From Dehalococcoidia bacterium (GTDB lineage: Bacteria; Chloroflexota; Dehalococcoidia; Lucifugimonadales; Australimonadaceae): a stretch of 64,000 bases of DNA. The stretch spans positions 1,292,773 through 1,356,772 of the forward strand of contig OZ252088.1 in NCBI GenBank assembly GCA_965248065.1, read 5' to 3'. Position numbers and translations under genes: made by a program. The notes below the pieces were generated by a model that was not told the DNA's origin, made no database searches, and was given only the letters and a program-made list of their open reading frames with translations. Below are positions 1 to 9,688 of this stretch, piece after piece. Each line of letters begins with the position of its first letter. Position 1 is the stretch's first letter.

Positions 1-1
1 G

Positions 2-664
2 GCGCTCAGTCACATCATGTTTACGACTGGGCTTCGCGTGCCGGCCGAAGAGATTGTGGCAGCGGCCCATGAGGCCGGAGCGCTGGTGTTGCTGGACGGG
101 GCGCAGACGGTGGGCCAGATTGCACTGGACCTGGCCGCGATGGACATCGATTTCTACGCCTCGTCGGGACAGAAGTGGCTGCTGGGGCCGACGGGGAGCG
201 GAGCTCTCTACGTACGGCCGGACCGAAGAGAGCTGCTTACGCCGCTGTTTACTCGACCCGGCCTCGGTTCGCGCCAAGGTCTCGCTGCGTATGCGCTGGC
301 GTCGCAAGGCGTGTCGGCACGAGCCGGGTACGCTGAAGCAGTCCGCATCAGTCGCGAGCTGGGCACGGAAAGGGTTGAAGAGTACACGAAGGGGTTAGCC
401 AAGATGCTCCGGGCGGGGTTGTCCGAGGTGGCGGGGGTCCGTATCAATGGGCCTGCTGAGGGTGAGACGGCGTGCGCCATCACTGCGATCAGCGTGGAGG
501 GATGGGACGCGCCGGAGTTCGCCGAGGCGCTTTGGCAAAGGCATCGGGTGGTCGCGCGGCACGTGCCGTACCCCGCGGGCGTACGGCTGTGCACAGCGGC
601 GTTCAATGACGAGCGCGACGTGGAGCGTGCGATCGCTGCAATCGCGGAGCTAGCCAGCCGATAG
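2..664 (+). CDS. class V (NifS/SufS/CsdA-like) aminotransferase / cysteine desulfurase family, 3' part; 5' end outside window
   Basis: Frame open from nt 2 (ALSHIMFTTG...). 'DFYASSGQKWLLGPTGSGALYVR' matches the PLP-lysine segment of class V enzymes. GC3-rich codons; stop TAG 662-664. Confidence 0.8.
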   Translation, partial: ALSHIMFTTGLRVPAEEIVAAAHEAGALVLLDGAQTVGQIALDLAAMDIDFYASSGQKWLLGPTGSGALYVRPDRRELLTPLFTRPGLGSRQGLAAYALASQGVSARAGYAEAVRISRELGTERVEEYTKGLAKMLRAGLSEVAGVRINGPAEGETACAITAISVEGWDAPEFAEALWQRHRVVARHVPYPAGVRLCTAAFNDERDVERAIAAIAELASR

Positions 665-3661
665 CTAGCTGGCGGCGGCGACCTCGTCGGGAATGGGTAT
701 CTCGACGCCGTACTTAGCGTTCCGTGCGCTCACCTCGTAAGCAGAGCAGTAGTTCTTGTTACCGACATCAAGGTCCCAATGCATCTCGTACTCGGAGATC
801 TCATAGGTCTCCGTGTCGAGCGTGATACTGACCTCAAGCGTCACGCCAAACGCCCATGTGACCGAAGCGCTGGCATTGTCGAGGGTTACGGTGAGCCTCA
901 ACGAACCCGATCCAGCCTGCGCAACGCTGATGTTGCGGGCGTCTGCGTAGCGGAGAACACTGATGAGCATAGCCGCAGGGTCGGTGAACGCGGCGCGCCA
1001 ATAGGTTGCGTCAGATAAGGCGTTTTTAGTTGTCGGAACCCATTCACCTCGCCGTTCCTCCCAATAGAGCCATTCCTTGTCCTCAGAGTACGCCAGGATA
1101 AAATTGCCTCGTTGTCCGTCGTAGTGCCGAAGGCGTGAGTTGCCCGTGCTTAGGTCGCCGACGGCGAGTGAGCCGTCGAAAGTGAAGCTGCTGCAACTGC
1201 GCCTATAGCCGCCCTGGACTCGGAAGCGGGCGGAGCCGGACTCAATCAGCGCAACGTAGGCCTGTTCAGCGAGCGCGATGCCGTCCAGCTCCGGCTCGTC
1301 CGGCGGGTCGAGGAGTTGGTCGGCGAACACGATGAGCGCCTCGACTTCGGCCATCGTCATGCCGGGCTTGACGAGTGGATGGCCGTGGATACGGTATAAC
1401 CCGATGTCCTGTGAGTTCAGGCGATCGAGGCGGAAGCCGCCCCTGTGGAACATGATGCTAAGCGGGCTCGGCGCATGGTGTACGCCGGTCAACGCGTGGA
1501 GGAGCTCGTGGATGGTTACGTACTTGACCTCGACGCGGTCGCTTTCCGAGTCCAACCACGCAGGCACGGGCTCCCAGTCGAGAGTGAATACAGGGCGGAG
1601 AGGTTTCCAGACGCCGAGGATTGCAGAAGTGATGGCGTTCCCGTTCTGCGTCCGGGGCCCGCCGCAGCCAGCGGCTTTAACGCAGGAGTCTGAAAGAAAT
1701 CCGATGGATGCTATCCATCGCCACTTGTCCACTCCTACGTATGCTTCAAGGTTCGCCTCCGACTTGCTCGCGACCCATTCGACGTCGAGGCCGAGCAGGG
1801 GCGCTAGTTCGTCGAGCGACTCCCTGAGAATGTCGATGGCGCGCCGGTCTCCGTCAGGATCCGCCCAAACGCGCACGGGAAGGTCCGGGTCCCACTTGAC
1901 GACGGTCGGCTCCGTCCAGCCAGCGCAGCCGCCGAGGAAGTCGTTGTCTTGATTGACCTCCCAGCCGGGCCTGTCGCTGAAGCACTCCCAGATGTCTCGG
2001 TCGACGCCGAGGATGCGCTCCGGCACGGCTAGACCGTCCGTCTCCTGCGCTCCGCCGGGGAGCGACGCCCGCAGCGTCATGCCCATCGGTACGCGGAAGG
2101 TCGCCGCGGCCGTCGCCGGGCTGAAGCCGTCGGCGAGCGCGACATCCGTTACGCCGCCGCAGTCCGCCACGGGCGCGCCGGGCTCTGCGTCCTCCCGGTA
2201 GCAGGCCACTGTTACGGCGAGCGTGTCCGTAACGGGCTGGTAGCCGTCGTTGCGGAGCGATAGGGCGAATTCCACCTCCGCCGTGCCGTCCGACCAGTAG
2301 CCGAGCACGTCCGCGGCCGCGTCGAACGTCAGCGCGACCGCCGGTTTGTCCGGCACGAGGATGGCGTCGTGGACGGTGTTGCGCTCGCCCCAGCGATAGC
2401 CGTCGTCGGGCGCGCCGGCGTAGGCGGTCAGCTGGGTCTCGCCTTGGGGGAGGGCGAGAGTGAGGGCAACGCTGGTGAAGTACACGGTCCCTTCGCGGCC
2501 GGTCCTCTTTCCCCATTCGGCGGGCGCAATCTCGCTCTCGCCGCATTGCGGCGGGGCGTTCCCGCCGCAGCGTACGCCAATCGTCACAGGGCCACTGGGA
2601 GGGAAGCCCTCGTTCGTTACCCGGAGGAGAATTTCCACGATGCCGTCCCCGTCGTGCTGGTAGCCGGTGCGTTCGCTCGCCCCAATCGTGATTACGAGGT
2701 CTACGTACTCCACCTCTACCGCGGTCTCGGCGGCGTTGTCGTCCGTCACGGCTTCGAGGCTGGAGGTCGCGGCGGAGAGGGTGAGGTCGTATGCGCCGGT
2801 GGGGATGGGGAGGAGAAGGGTTGCGGTCTCGCTCGCGCCGGGCGCGATGCGCTCGATGACGGCGGCGCGCTCGGCGCGCCCATCAACGCCGTCGGCGCCG
2901 AGTTGCGGCGTCCAAGCGACGTGGACGGCGACGTTCTCGGCTGACGCGCTGCCTGCGTTGGTTATGCGCGCCTGGAACGCCATAGAGCCGTCTCCAGCGA
3001 CGGCGTAATCGACCAATTCGAGCGTGAGGTCGGCTGCGAGGACGGCCACATTCGCCGTGTGCTCCGTTCCGCCGACGCTGAACGTAACGCTGTGGTCGCC
3101 TGGTTCGAGCGGCTGTGCGATGGCGAGGGTCGCCGTTTCGCCGCCCGCCAAGCGGGTGATGGCGCTGCTGTCGCGGGACCCGCCTCCGGTTGCGATGCGG
3201 ACGGGGATGTCCTGGCCAGCCGCCTCGCCGGTGTTCGTGACTGTGAGCGCGAGCTCAGTCTGCACGTAGCCATCGCCCGCGCCGGTGAACGAGGCGCCGT
3301 CGAAGGCGATGCGGTAGGAGGCCGGTAAGGGAGTCGGCGTTGGGGTAGGAGTAGGAGATGGCGTAGGGGTAGGGGACGGTGTTGGCGTGGGAGTAGGAGA
3401 CGGCGTTGGCGTGGGGGTGGGGGACGGTGTCGGAGTAGCGGATGGCGTCGGGGTAGGAACGGGGGACGGCGTCGGGGTAGGGATGGGGGACGGCGTGGGA
3501 GTAGGGGATGGCGTTGGCGTGGGGATGGGTGATGACGTTGGCGTCGGCGACTCGACGGACTCACCGCGAACCACGCTGGGCGTCGGCGTGGGGGTTGGGT
3601 CAGGGGCGCACGCCGTCAGCGCCGCAGCGGCGGCGATGCACGCGCACGCGGTCAGGGTCAT
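665..3661 (-). CDS. exported lipoprotein: Pro/Thr-rich linker, four CARDB-like repeats, C-terminal zinc-metalloprotease-like domain ([12 protein letters not shown])
   Basis: Track ORF 665..4441 trimmed to the in-frame ATG at 3659-3661 ([18 protein letters not shown] = signal peptide + lipobox Cys). The upstream 260 codons are an Arg/Pro/His-rich shadow of the transaminase gene. ~75-aa (T/S)P tract; four 'xTNxG...V' CARDB-like strands; HExxH motif followed by SIMF. Confidence 0.7.
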   Translation of the reverse strand: MTLTACACIAAAAALTACAPDPTPTPTPSVVRGESVESPTPTSSPIPTPTPSPTPTPSPIPTPTPSPVPTPTPSATPTPSPTPTPTPSPTPTPTPSPTPTPSPTPTPTPTPLPASYRIAFDGASFTGAGDGYVQTELALTVTNTGEAAGQDIPVRIATGGGSRDSSAITRLAGGETATLAIAQPLEPGDHSVTFSVGGTEHTANVAVLAADLTLELVDYAVAGDGSMAFQARITNAGSASAENVAVHVAWTPQLGADGVDGRAERAAVIERIAPGASETATLLLPIPTGAYDLTLSAATSSLEAVTDDNAAETAVEVEYVDLVITIGASERTGYQHDGDGIVEILLRVTNEGFPPSGPVTIGVRCGGNAPPQCGESEIAPAEWGKRTGREGTVYFTSVALTLALPQGETQLTAYAGAPDDGYRWGERNTVHDAILVPDKPAVALTFDAAADVLGYWSDGTAEVEFALSLRNDGYQPVTDTLAVTVACYREDAEPGAPVADCGGVTDVALADGFSPATAAATFRVPMGMTLRASLPGGAQETDGLAVPERILGVDRDIWECFSDRPGWEVNQDNDFLGGCAGWTEPTVVKWDPDLPVRVWADPDGDRRAIDILRESLDELAPLLGLDVEWVASKSEANLEAYVGVDKWRWIASIGFLSDSCVKAAGCGGPRTQNGNAITSAILGVWKPLRPVFTLDWEPVPAWLDSESDRVEVKYVTIHELLHALTGVHHAPSPLSIMFHRGGFRLDRLNSQDIGLYRIHGHPLVKPGMTMAEVEALIVFADQLLDPPDEPELDGIALAEQAYVALIESGSARFRVQGGYRRSCSSFTFDGSLAVGDLSTGNSRLRHYDGQRGNFILAYSEDKEWLYWEERRGEWVPTTKNALSDATYWRAAFTDPAAMLISVLRYADARNISVAQAGSGSLRLTVTLDNASASVTWAFGVTLEVSITLDTETYEISEYEMHWDLDVGNKNYCSAYEVSARNAKYGVEIPIPDEVAAAS

Positions 3662-3681
3662 GGCTCTGAGGAGAGGGCGCC

Positions 3682-5046
3682 TCACGCCAGGCCGAGCTCT
3701 CTTTCGGTTTCCGTGAGGGCGCGGTCGAAGATGCCGACCATGTCGTCGATGTCCGACTCGGTTACGGTGAGGGGCGGGGCGAAGAAGACCTGGCGGGTCG
3801 CGCGGGTGTAGAGGCCGCTGTCGTTCAGCTTCTGGTTGAGGAGCTTGGTCGCGCCGGGGAGGTCGTTCAGGAGATCTTTGGTGTCCTTGTCGCTGACGAG
3901 CTCGACGGCGCACATGAGGCCGAGGCCGCGCACGTCGCCGACGGTTGGGTGTCCGTACAGGCCTTCGAGGTCTTGGAGAAGGCGCTCGCCCATGCGCTCG
4001 GAGTTCCCGATGAGGTCTTCGCGCTCCATGATGCCGGCGTTTGCGAGTCCGGCGGCGCCGCCCGCGGGATGGCCGCCGTAGGTGATGCCGTGGCGGTAGG
4101 TCTTCTCGGGGCCGCCCTTGAACTCCTCGAAGACGGCGTCGCGGACGACGCAAGCGCCAACGGGGAAGTAGCCGCTGGTGATGCCCTTGGCCATGGTCAT
4201 CATGTCCGGCACGACGCCCCAATGCTCCATGGCGAACCACTTGCCGGTGCGCCCCCATCCGGTGATGACCTCGTCGGCGATGAGGAGGACGCCGTGGCGG
4301 TCGCAGATGTCGCGGAGCATGGGCCAGTACTCGTCGCCGGGGATGGCGACTCCGGCGGAGAAGGAGACGGGCTCGGCGATGACGGCGGCGATGGTCTCGG
4401 GGCCCTCCTCGATGATGATGTCCTCGACGGCCTGGGCGCACTGGACCGTGAACTCGGACAAGGATAGGGACTGGTCCTCGCGGCGGTAGAAGGCGGGCTG
4501 GGGGGCGACGCGGAAGTTGTCGGGCAGGATCTCGGCGTAGCCGGGGCGGTCCAGATTACCGGAGGTCGAAACGCTCAACGCGCCCCGCGTGGTGCCGTGG
4601 TAGGAGCCGTCGCGTCCGATGAACTTGCGTCTGCCGGGCTCGCCGCGGTTGTAGTGGTAGCGGTAGGCGATCTTCAACGCCGTCTCGACGGCCTCGGAGC
4701 CGCCGCTCGTGAAGTACGTGCGATTGAGGTCGCCAGGCGTGAGCGACGCGACCTTCTCGGCGAACCGGATGACGGGCTCGGCGCCGTACTTGAACGTGTT
4801 GGCGTAGTGGAGCGCGCCGAGCTGCGCTGCGATGGCGTCGACGATTTCCTTACGTCCGTGGCCGACGTTCACGAGCATGAGGCCGGCGACGCCGTCGTAG
4901 CCCCAGTTGCCGTCGGAGTCCTTGATGCGGACGCCATCGCCCTCGGACATGACGGTCACGCCGTCCTCGGCGAGCTCGCTCCAATCCTGGGTGGGCATCC
5001 AGAGATGGGCGAGGGCTGCTTCCTGGAGGCTGTCGCGGCGCTGCAT
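3682..5046 (-). CDS. class III (omega) aminotransferase, PLP-dependent
   Basis: 454 aa from ATG 5044-5046 with AAGGAG upstream (ctcctt at 5054-5059 on + strand). Motifs [41 protein letters not shown]. Track start 5169 rejected. Confidence 0.9.
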   Translation of the reverse strand: MQRRDSLQEAALAHLWMPTQDWSELAEDGVTVMSEGDGVRIKDSDGNWGYDGVAGLMLVNVGHGRKEIVDAIAAQLGALHYANTFKYGAEPVIRFAEKVASLTPGDLNRTYFTSGGSEAVETALKIAYRYHYNRGEPGRRKFIGRDGSYHGTTRGALSVSTSGNLDRPGYAEILPDNFRVAPQPAFYRREDQSLSLSEFTVQCAQAVEDIIIEEGPETIAAVIAEPVSFSAGVAIPGDEYWPMLRDICDRHGVLLIADEVITGWGRTGKWFAMEHWGVVPDMMTMAKGITSGYFPVGACVVRDAVFEEFKGGPEKTYRHGITYGGHPAGGAAGLANAGIMEREDLIGNSERMGERLLQDLEGLYGHPTVGDVRGLGLMCAVELVSDKDTKDLLNDLPGATKLLNQKLNDSGLYTRATRQVFFAPPLTVTESDIDDMVGIFDRALTETERELGLA

Positions 5047-5072
5047 GGCGTAACTCCTTATCGCGGGGGCGG

Positions 5073-5912
5073 CTATCGCGTGGTGATCGTTGGGCGTCCA
5101 AGCTGGGGCCAGCCAGCCGGCGCGCCGGCCTTCTCCAGACGCTCCTCGATGGGCAGGCTCTCGTCCCACAGCGCGGCGACGATGCGCCTGCCGTTGACGT
5201 CGTCGGCCTCGTCCGAGGCGAGCCAGACAGCGGGCGCGCGCATCACGTCGGGCTGGACGAGGGAGTTGCGGTCGAAGGCGAGGGATTCGGGGAGGAAGTT
5301 GGTGTTCGTGGCGCCGTCAGGCACGAGGACGTTGGCGGTGACGCCGCTGCCCGTAAGCTCTTGGGCTATGGAGGCAATCATCGCTTCGTGGGCGGCTTTC
5401 GACGGGCCGTAGGGCAGATTGCCGCCTCGAATCATGGTGTCCAAGCTGGTGGTGACGCCGATGATGCGTCCCCAGCCCTGTTCCCTGAGGCGGCCGACGG
5501 CGGCGAGAGACATCATGAACGAGCCATTCGCATTGATGGTGAAGACCCGGACCCACTCCTCGGGCGTCAGGCTCCAGAATGGGCCGTCGCCGGTAGGCCC
5601 GCTACCGTAGCTCCGGACTCCTGCGTTGTTCACGAGAATGTGCAAGCCGCCGAGGCCGTCGATGGTCTCGCGCACGGCCCGCTGGGCGTCGTCCCAACTG
5701 CTGATGCTGCCGACGACGGCAATGGCCGCATCGTCGCCGCCGATCTCGCGGGCGTCGTTCACGCTGCGTCCGAGGGCGCCGTCGTCGATGTCCATCATCG
5801 CGACCTTGGCTCCGGCCTCGACCATGGCTAGGGCCATCTCGCGCCCCATTCCGATCGGGCTTCCCGCGCCGGTAACGAGGGCGATTTTACCTTCGAGAGT
5901 CTTGACGGCCAC
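5073..5912 (-). CDS. short-chain dehydrogenase/reductase (SDR)
   Basis: GKIALVTGAGSPIGMG Rossmann motif, NNAG, YGPSKAA catalytic Tyr/Lys. GTG start at 5912 (VAVKTLEGK) chosen: GGAGGG lies 8 nt upstream and it aligns with the paralog start MATESLAGK at 16378. Track start 5963 is possible. Confidence 0.85.
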   Translation of the reverse strand: MAVKTLEGKIALVTGAGSPIGMGREMALAMVEAGAKVAMMDIDDGALGRSVNDAREIGGDDAAIAVVGSISSWDDAQRAVRETIDGLGGLHILVNNAGVRSYGSGPTGDGPFWSLTPEEWVRVFTINANGSFMMSLAAVGRLREQGWGRIIGVTTSLDTMIRGGNLPYGPSKAAHEAMIASIAQELTGSGVTANVLVPDGATNTNFLPESLAFDRNSLVQPDVMRAPAVWLASDEADDVNGRRIVAALWDESLPIEERLEKAGAPAGWPQLGRPTITTR

Positions 5913-6010
5913 GAGGCGAGCCCTCCACGGCGCCCGTGCCGGACGCTCGCTGGAGCCTATCATCGAACGGAGCGGGCCGGAATGCGGGGGATTAGGGCGC
6001 GCGGGGGCTA

Positions 6011-6824
6011 GGGCCTGTTCACACTAGTGGAGCGCATCGAGAATGAGGGCGAATAGGATGAAGCCGAGGAAGAGCGCGTCGAGTTTGTCGAATCGGGAGA
6101 AGATGCGGCGAAAGCCCTTCAACCGCCGGAACAGCCGTTCGATCTCATTCCGCCTCTTGTACAGCTCCCGGTCGTACTCCCAGGGGTGAACACGACGGCT
6201 CAGAGGTGGAACCACCGGCGTGAACCCCAGGGCCAACGCCAGCTGGCGGGTCTCATTGCCCTCGTATGCCCGGTCCATCAGCAGGGAGAGGTCCCGGTCC
6301 TGCGCCCCCAGGCGCTCGAGCAACTTCCGCCCTTCCGGCGCATCGTGGGCCTGTCCTGGGGAGAGGGAGAACGTCACGGCCGTTCGAGCATCCGCGGCAA
6401 CCATATGAATCTTGGTGGTCCATCCGCCGCGGGACTTGCCGATAGACTGAGGTCCGTTTTTTTAGCGCGCCTGTACCGTCGGGATGGACCTTGACGATGG
6501 TGCTGTCCATTGAGAACGCTTCCAGCTTGACGCGCACGATCTGTTCCCGCTGGAGGCGCTCGAAGACCCGGTCGAGCACCCCGTTCTTGGACCAGCGGCT
6601 CATCCGCGTGTAGATGGTGTGCCACTTGCCGAATCGAGGCGGCAGCCCCCGCCACTTGCAGCCCTGCTCGGCGACGTAGAGGATGGCGTTGAGCACTTGG
6701 AGGTTCGACAGACTCACGTTACCCCGTTGCACGGGAAGATACGGGGCGATGCGTTCGTACTGAGCTTCTGTAATTTCCATGCACGCCAGGATACCACAGC
6801 GGACCCATAAGTGTGAACACGCCC
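6011..6824 (-). mobile_element. IS5-family insertion sequence (IS427/IS1031-like), 814 bp
   Basis: Terminal IRs GGGCCTGTTCACAC (6011-6024) and GTGTGAACACGCCC (6811-6824), 13/14 match. Flanked by cTA / TAg, i.e. TA duplication in a CTAG target. Encodes a DDE_Tnp_1-type transposase. Confidence 0.85.
6024..6780 (-). pseudogene. IS5-family DDE transposase split into orfA (from 6780, MEITEAQYERIAPYLP...) and orfB (...NEIERLFRRLKGFRRI..., stop 6024) at an A7 run
   Basis: Track ORFs 6253..7128 and 6024..6404. The junction is AAAAAAA (T7 at 6457-6463 on + strand). orfB is in the +1 frame relative to orfA (7128-6404=724, remainder 1). Deleting one A gives a continuous 251-aa ORF. May be recoded rather than dead. 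Confidence 0.6.
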
Positions 6825-6829
6825 TAGCC

Positions 6830-7290
6830 GCTGCGGTCGCGCCTTCTACTGCCATTGCCTCGAAAATCCCCCTCCCGCAGACGGGAGGGGACGCGCGGAC
6901 TTCCCCCTCCGTTATTCCCGTGCAGGCGGGAATCTCGCAGCGGCGCGACAGCGGCGTGGTTCCTTCCCCCTCCGTCATTCCCGCGCAGGCGGGAACCTCG
7001 CAGCGGCGCGACAGCGGCGTGGTCCCTTCCCCTCCGTCATTCCCGCGCAGGCGGGAATCCATGTATCGGCGCCCCCTACTTTCGTCGGTTGTGATGTGGG
7101 GCGGGCCCCACATGAGAGACTGCCTCAAAAAAGAAAGGGAGCCTAGCCAAATAAGGGGCGCCTTACCCGAAATAGGGTTCGTGGTGAGCCTGTCGAACCA
7201 CGGGGCCTGCCAATCAACGCCCTGCAGGATGCAGCCCGCCCCCTCTCCGCCACTGCCTCGAAAAATAGGCGCCCGCCCCTCCCCCCACTC
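6830..7290. repeat. composite REP cluster
   Basis: Hairpin CCCTCCCGCAGACGGGAGGG (~6869-6889). A 62-63-bp unit repeated 2.5x (6901-7060), each copy with the palindrome ATTCCCG(C/T)GCAGGCGGGAA (6914, 6977, 7039). MITE-core fragment GGTTCGTGGTGAGCCTGTCGAACC (~7175-7200). Confidence 0.8.
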
Positions 7291-7308
7291 CGTCTACCCG
7301 TGAGAACT

Positions 7309-7557
7309 ATGACATCTGCCCGTTGCGCAAACGGACCCCCTTCTCCTACCCTGCCTCTCATGGCCCAACAGACCTGCCCTCTTGCCCCTCCGATGCCCGC
7401 GAGCCGCCTGTCGCAGAGTGTCGCATCACTGTCGCAAACTGTCGCATTTGTGTCGCAAAGTGTCATATTTGCTGTCGCAAACTGTCGGGCGCGGACCGCA
7501 CACTTAGGAGTGAATACCATGGAAAATCCGACAAATGCGACAGTTTCGAGAAAAATT
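7309..7557 (-). repeat. GCGACA-iteron element, copy A (inverted relative to copies B-D)
   Basis: Reverse complement aligns along its length with 19709-19963, 39171-39417 and 57228-57485. Carries 6-7 TGTCGC/GCGACA motifs at 10-12-bp spacing and the terminal hairpin CCGTTTGCGCAACGG. Confidence 0.75.
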
Positions 7558-7559
7558 CC

Positions 7560-7710
7560 CCTCCGTCACTGCCTCGAAAATCCCCCTCCCGTCTGCGGGA
7601 GGGGACGCGCAAGCGCAGCGAAGCGCGGGGGGGGGGAGAGAGGCGGCGGCGCGCAGACTTCCCCCGTCATTTCCGCCCCTCTCCGTCATTCCCGCGCAGG
7701 CGGGAATCCA
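7560..7710. repeat. REP cluster upstream of sdhA
   Basis: Hairpin CCCTCCCGTCTGCGGGAGGG (~7584-7604), module GCGCAAGCGCAGCGAAGCGCG, G10 run 7627-7636, palindrome ATTCCCGCGCAGGCGGGAAT 7688-7707. Confidence 0.75.
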
Positions 7711-7813
7711 GGACGGGGGAATGGCGTCGTCCCGTTCGTTGTCCGGTAAATCGTCGCTCTGATATATTCACTGGGCTGTTACTTCAGACTTCCGAACAGG
7801 TGACGAATAATCT

Positions 7814-9520
7814 ATGGCTGACCACGACGTTCTAGTTGTGGGGGCGGGACTCGCGGGCATGCGGGCCGCCATCGCTGCGCATCGGGCAGGCGCCAACGTG
7901 GCGATGATGAGCAAAGTGCATCCGGTCCGCAGCCACTCCAACGCGGCTCAGGGAGGAATCAACGCTGCGCTCCGAGGCGCCGACGACTCCGTCGACTCCC
8001 ATGTGTTCGACACGGTGAAAGGGTCCGACTACCTAGGCGACCAGGACGCCATCGAGTACATGTGCATCGAGGCGCCGGGCGAGATCATCGAGCTCGAGCA
8101 CATGGGCGTCATCTTCAACAGGGATGAAGAGGGGCGGCTTGGGACGAGGGCGTTCGGCGGCGCGAGCTATGCCCGGACGTTCTTCGTGGCGGACATCACC
8201 GGCCAGGCAATCCTGCACGTCATGTACGAGCAGATTATGAAGGCGGGCGTGCGCTCCTATGAGGAGTGGTTCGTCACCGACCTTATCGTCGAGGACGGGC
8301 AGTGCAGGGGGGTAGTGGCGATGGAGATGCTTACGGGCAGGCTCCAAGCTATCTCGGCCAAAGCCGTGATTCTTGCGGCCGGGGGCGTCGGCCGGGCTTT
8401 CGAGCCGAGCACCAACGCGCTCATTTGCACAGGCGACGGCATGGGGCTCGCCTATAGGGCCGGGGCCACACTGCTCGACATGGAGATGGTCCAGTATCAC
8501 CCGACTACCCTCGCGGGCAACGGCGTGCTGCTCACCGAGGCGGCCCGCGGCGAGGGCGCCTACCTGCTGAACTCCAAGGGCGAGCGGTTCATGGAGCAGT
8601 ACGCTCCCAAGATGAAGGAGCTTGCCTCCCGGGATGTCGTGTCCCGCTCCGAGCAGACCGAGATCGAGGAAGGGCGCGGTGTGAACGGCTGCGTGTTTCT
8701 CGACCTGCGGCACTTGGGGAGGGAGCTCATTCTGACCAAGCTGAAGTACATCCACGAGGTCGCCCGCGACTACGCGGGGGTCGATATGATTGAGGCTCCC
8801 GTGCCGATACGGCCGGGCCAGCACTACATCATGGGCGGCATCAAGACTGACGTGGATACGCGGGCGTGGGATATTACCGGGAGCGCCGGTTGGGACGGCC
8901 CTAGGGGGCTGTTCGCAGCCGGCGAGACGGCCTGCGTCAGCGTTCACGGAGGCAATCGTCTCGGCGCCAACTCGCTGCTGGAGACTGTGGTCTTCGGCAA
9001 GCGCGCCGGCGAAGTGGCTACTCAGTACGCCCGGGAGACGCCCGATTTCACGGTCTCGGGCGCTCATCTCCAGGAAGCGCAAGCGCGCATCAAGGGCGTC
9101 ATGGACAGGCCGGACAACGGCTTGATGACCGCGGCCCTCCGATTGGAGATGGGCGAGACGATGAACGAGCACCTAGCCGTCTTCCGCTCCGAGGAGGGCA
9201 TGCAGACCGCGCTGAAGAGCGTGCAGTCGCTCCAAGAGCGCTACCGGACGCTGCCGATCAAGCACAAAGGGAGCGTCTACAACACGGACCTCATCTTCCA
9301 CATGGAGCTCGGCTACATGCTCGACGTGTCCGAGACGATCGTGGCCTCCGGCCTGCTCAGAAGGGAGAGTAGAGGGGCGCACTTCCGCCGCGACATGCGC
9401 GAGCGGAACGACAAGGACTGGCTGAAGCACACCACCGCTCGCTACGACGAGGATGGGCCGAAGGTGGACACGCTGCCGGTGACGATGACGCGCTGGGAAC
9501 CCCAGGCGAGGGTCTACTAG
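7814..9520 (+). CDS. sdhA: succinate dehydrogenase / fumarate reductase flavoprotein subunit
   Basis: 568 aa. N-terminal FAD fold [28 protein letters not shown] (covalent-FAD His region), [21 protein letters not shown]. Confidence 0.95.
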   Translation: MADHDVLVVGAGLAGMRAAIAAHRAGANVAMMSKVHPVRSHSNAAQGGINAALRGADDSVDSHVFDTVKGSDYLGDQDAIEYMCIEAPGEIIELEHMGVIFNRDEEGRLGTRAFGGASYARTFFVADITGQAILHVMYEQIMKAGVRSYEEWFVTDLIVEDGQCRGVVAMEMLTGRLQAISAKAVILAAGGVGRAFEPSTNALICTGDGMGLAYRAGATLLDMEMVQYHPTTLAGNGVLLTEAARGEGAYLLNSKGERFMEQYAPKMKELASRDVVSRSEQTEIEEGRGVNGCVFLDLRHLGRELILTKLKYIHEVARDYAGVDMIEAPVPIRPGQHYIMGGIKTDVDTRAWDITGSAGWDGPRGLFAAGETACVSVHGGNRLGANSLLETVVFGKRAGEVATQYARETPDFTVSGAHLQEAQARIKGVMDRPDNGLMTAALRLEMGETMNEHLAVFRSEEGMQTALKSVQSLQERYRTLPIKHKGSVYNTDLIFHMELGYMLDVSETIVASGLLRRESRGAHFRRDMRERNDKDWLKHTTARYDEDGPKVDTLPVTMTRWEPQARVY

Positions 9521-9688
9521 ATTGTCCGGCTCCAAGCGTTTTCGGCCGGCGTTTCGCTTGACGAGAGCGTCACGGCCATCGTTTCCGGATTACATCGGGG
9601 AGCGAGACCGCGACGGCGACAGCGACAAACGACATAAAGATGGTTCGCTCCCTTTGATTCCGCAGTCAGTTTAAAGAGGACCAATCAG

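Noticed and set aside
3662-4441. N-terminal 260 codons of the 1258-aa track ORF 665..4441.
   Set aside because: The sequence is Arg/Pro/His-rich nonsense ([21 protein letters not shown]...). It lies in an alternate frame of the well-supported class III aminotransferase gene on the same strand. A signal peptide with a lipobox begins at the ATG at 3661.
6457-6463. Canonical programmed -1 ribosomal frameshift for the IS5 transposase at A AAA AAA.
   Set aside because: Frame arithmetic and direct translation show that a -1 slip enters a dead-end frame (...KKTDLSLSASPAADGPPRFIWLPRMLERP*, stop at 6374). The DDE-containing orfB is in the +1 frame.
6779-7749. ORFs spanning the repeat fields: 6253..7128 N-terminal part, 6779..7303, 7300..7749, 19554..20171, 19752..20165, 39110..39606, 56874..57570.
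   Set aside because: They merely translate REP, MITE or iteron DNA (recurrent VIPAQAGI, SFPRRRES, ATANATLCD peptides). The same peptides appear in several frames and on both strands at every repeat copy.
8033-9172. Long antisense or off-frame ORFs: 8033..9172, 20253..21170, 24922..26118, 26291..27607, 31797..33248, 34906..35976, 35067..36575, 37698..38456, 41611..42852, 44858..45949, 53262..54701, 59366..60583.
   Set aside because: They are typical high-GC shadow ORFs. Their composition is dominated by Arg/Gly/Pro/His/Asp, each overlaps a gene with strong family motifs, and none shows any motif of its own.
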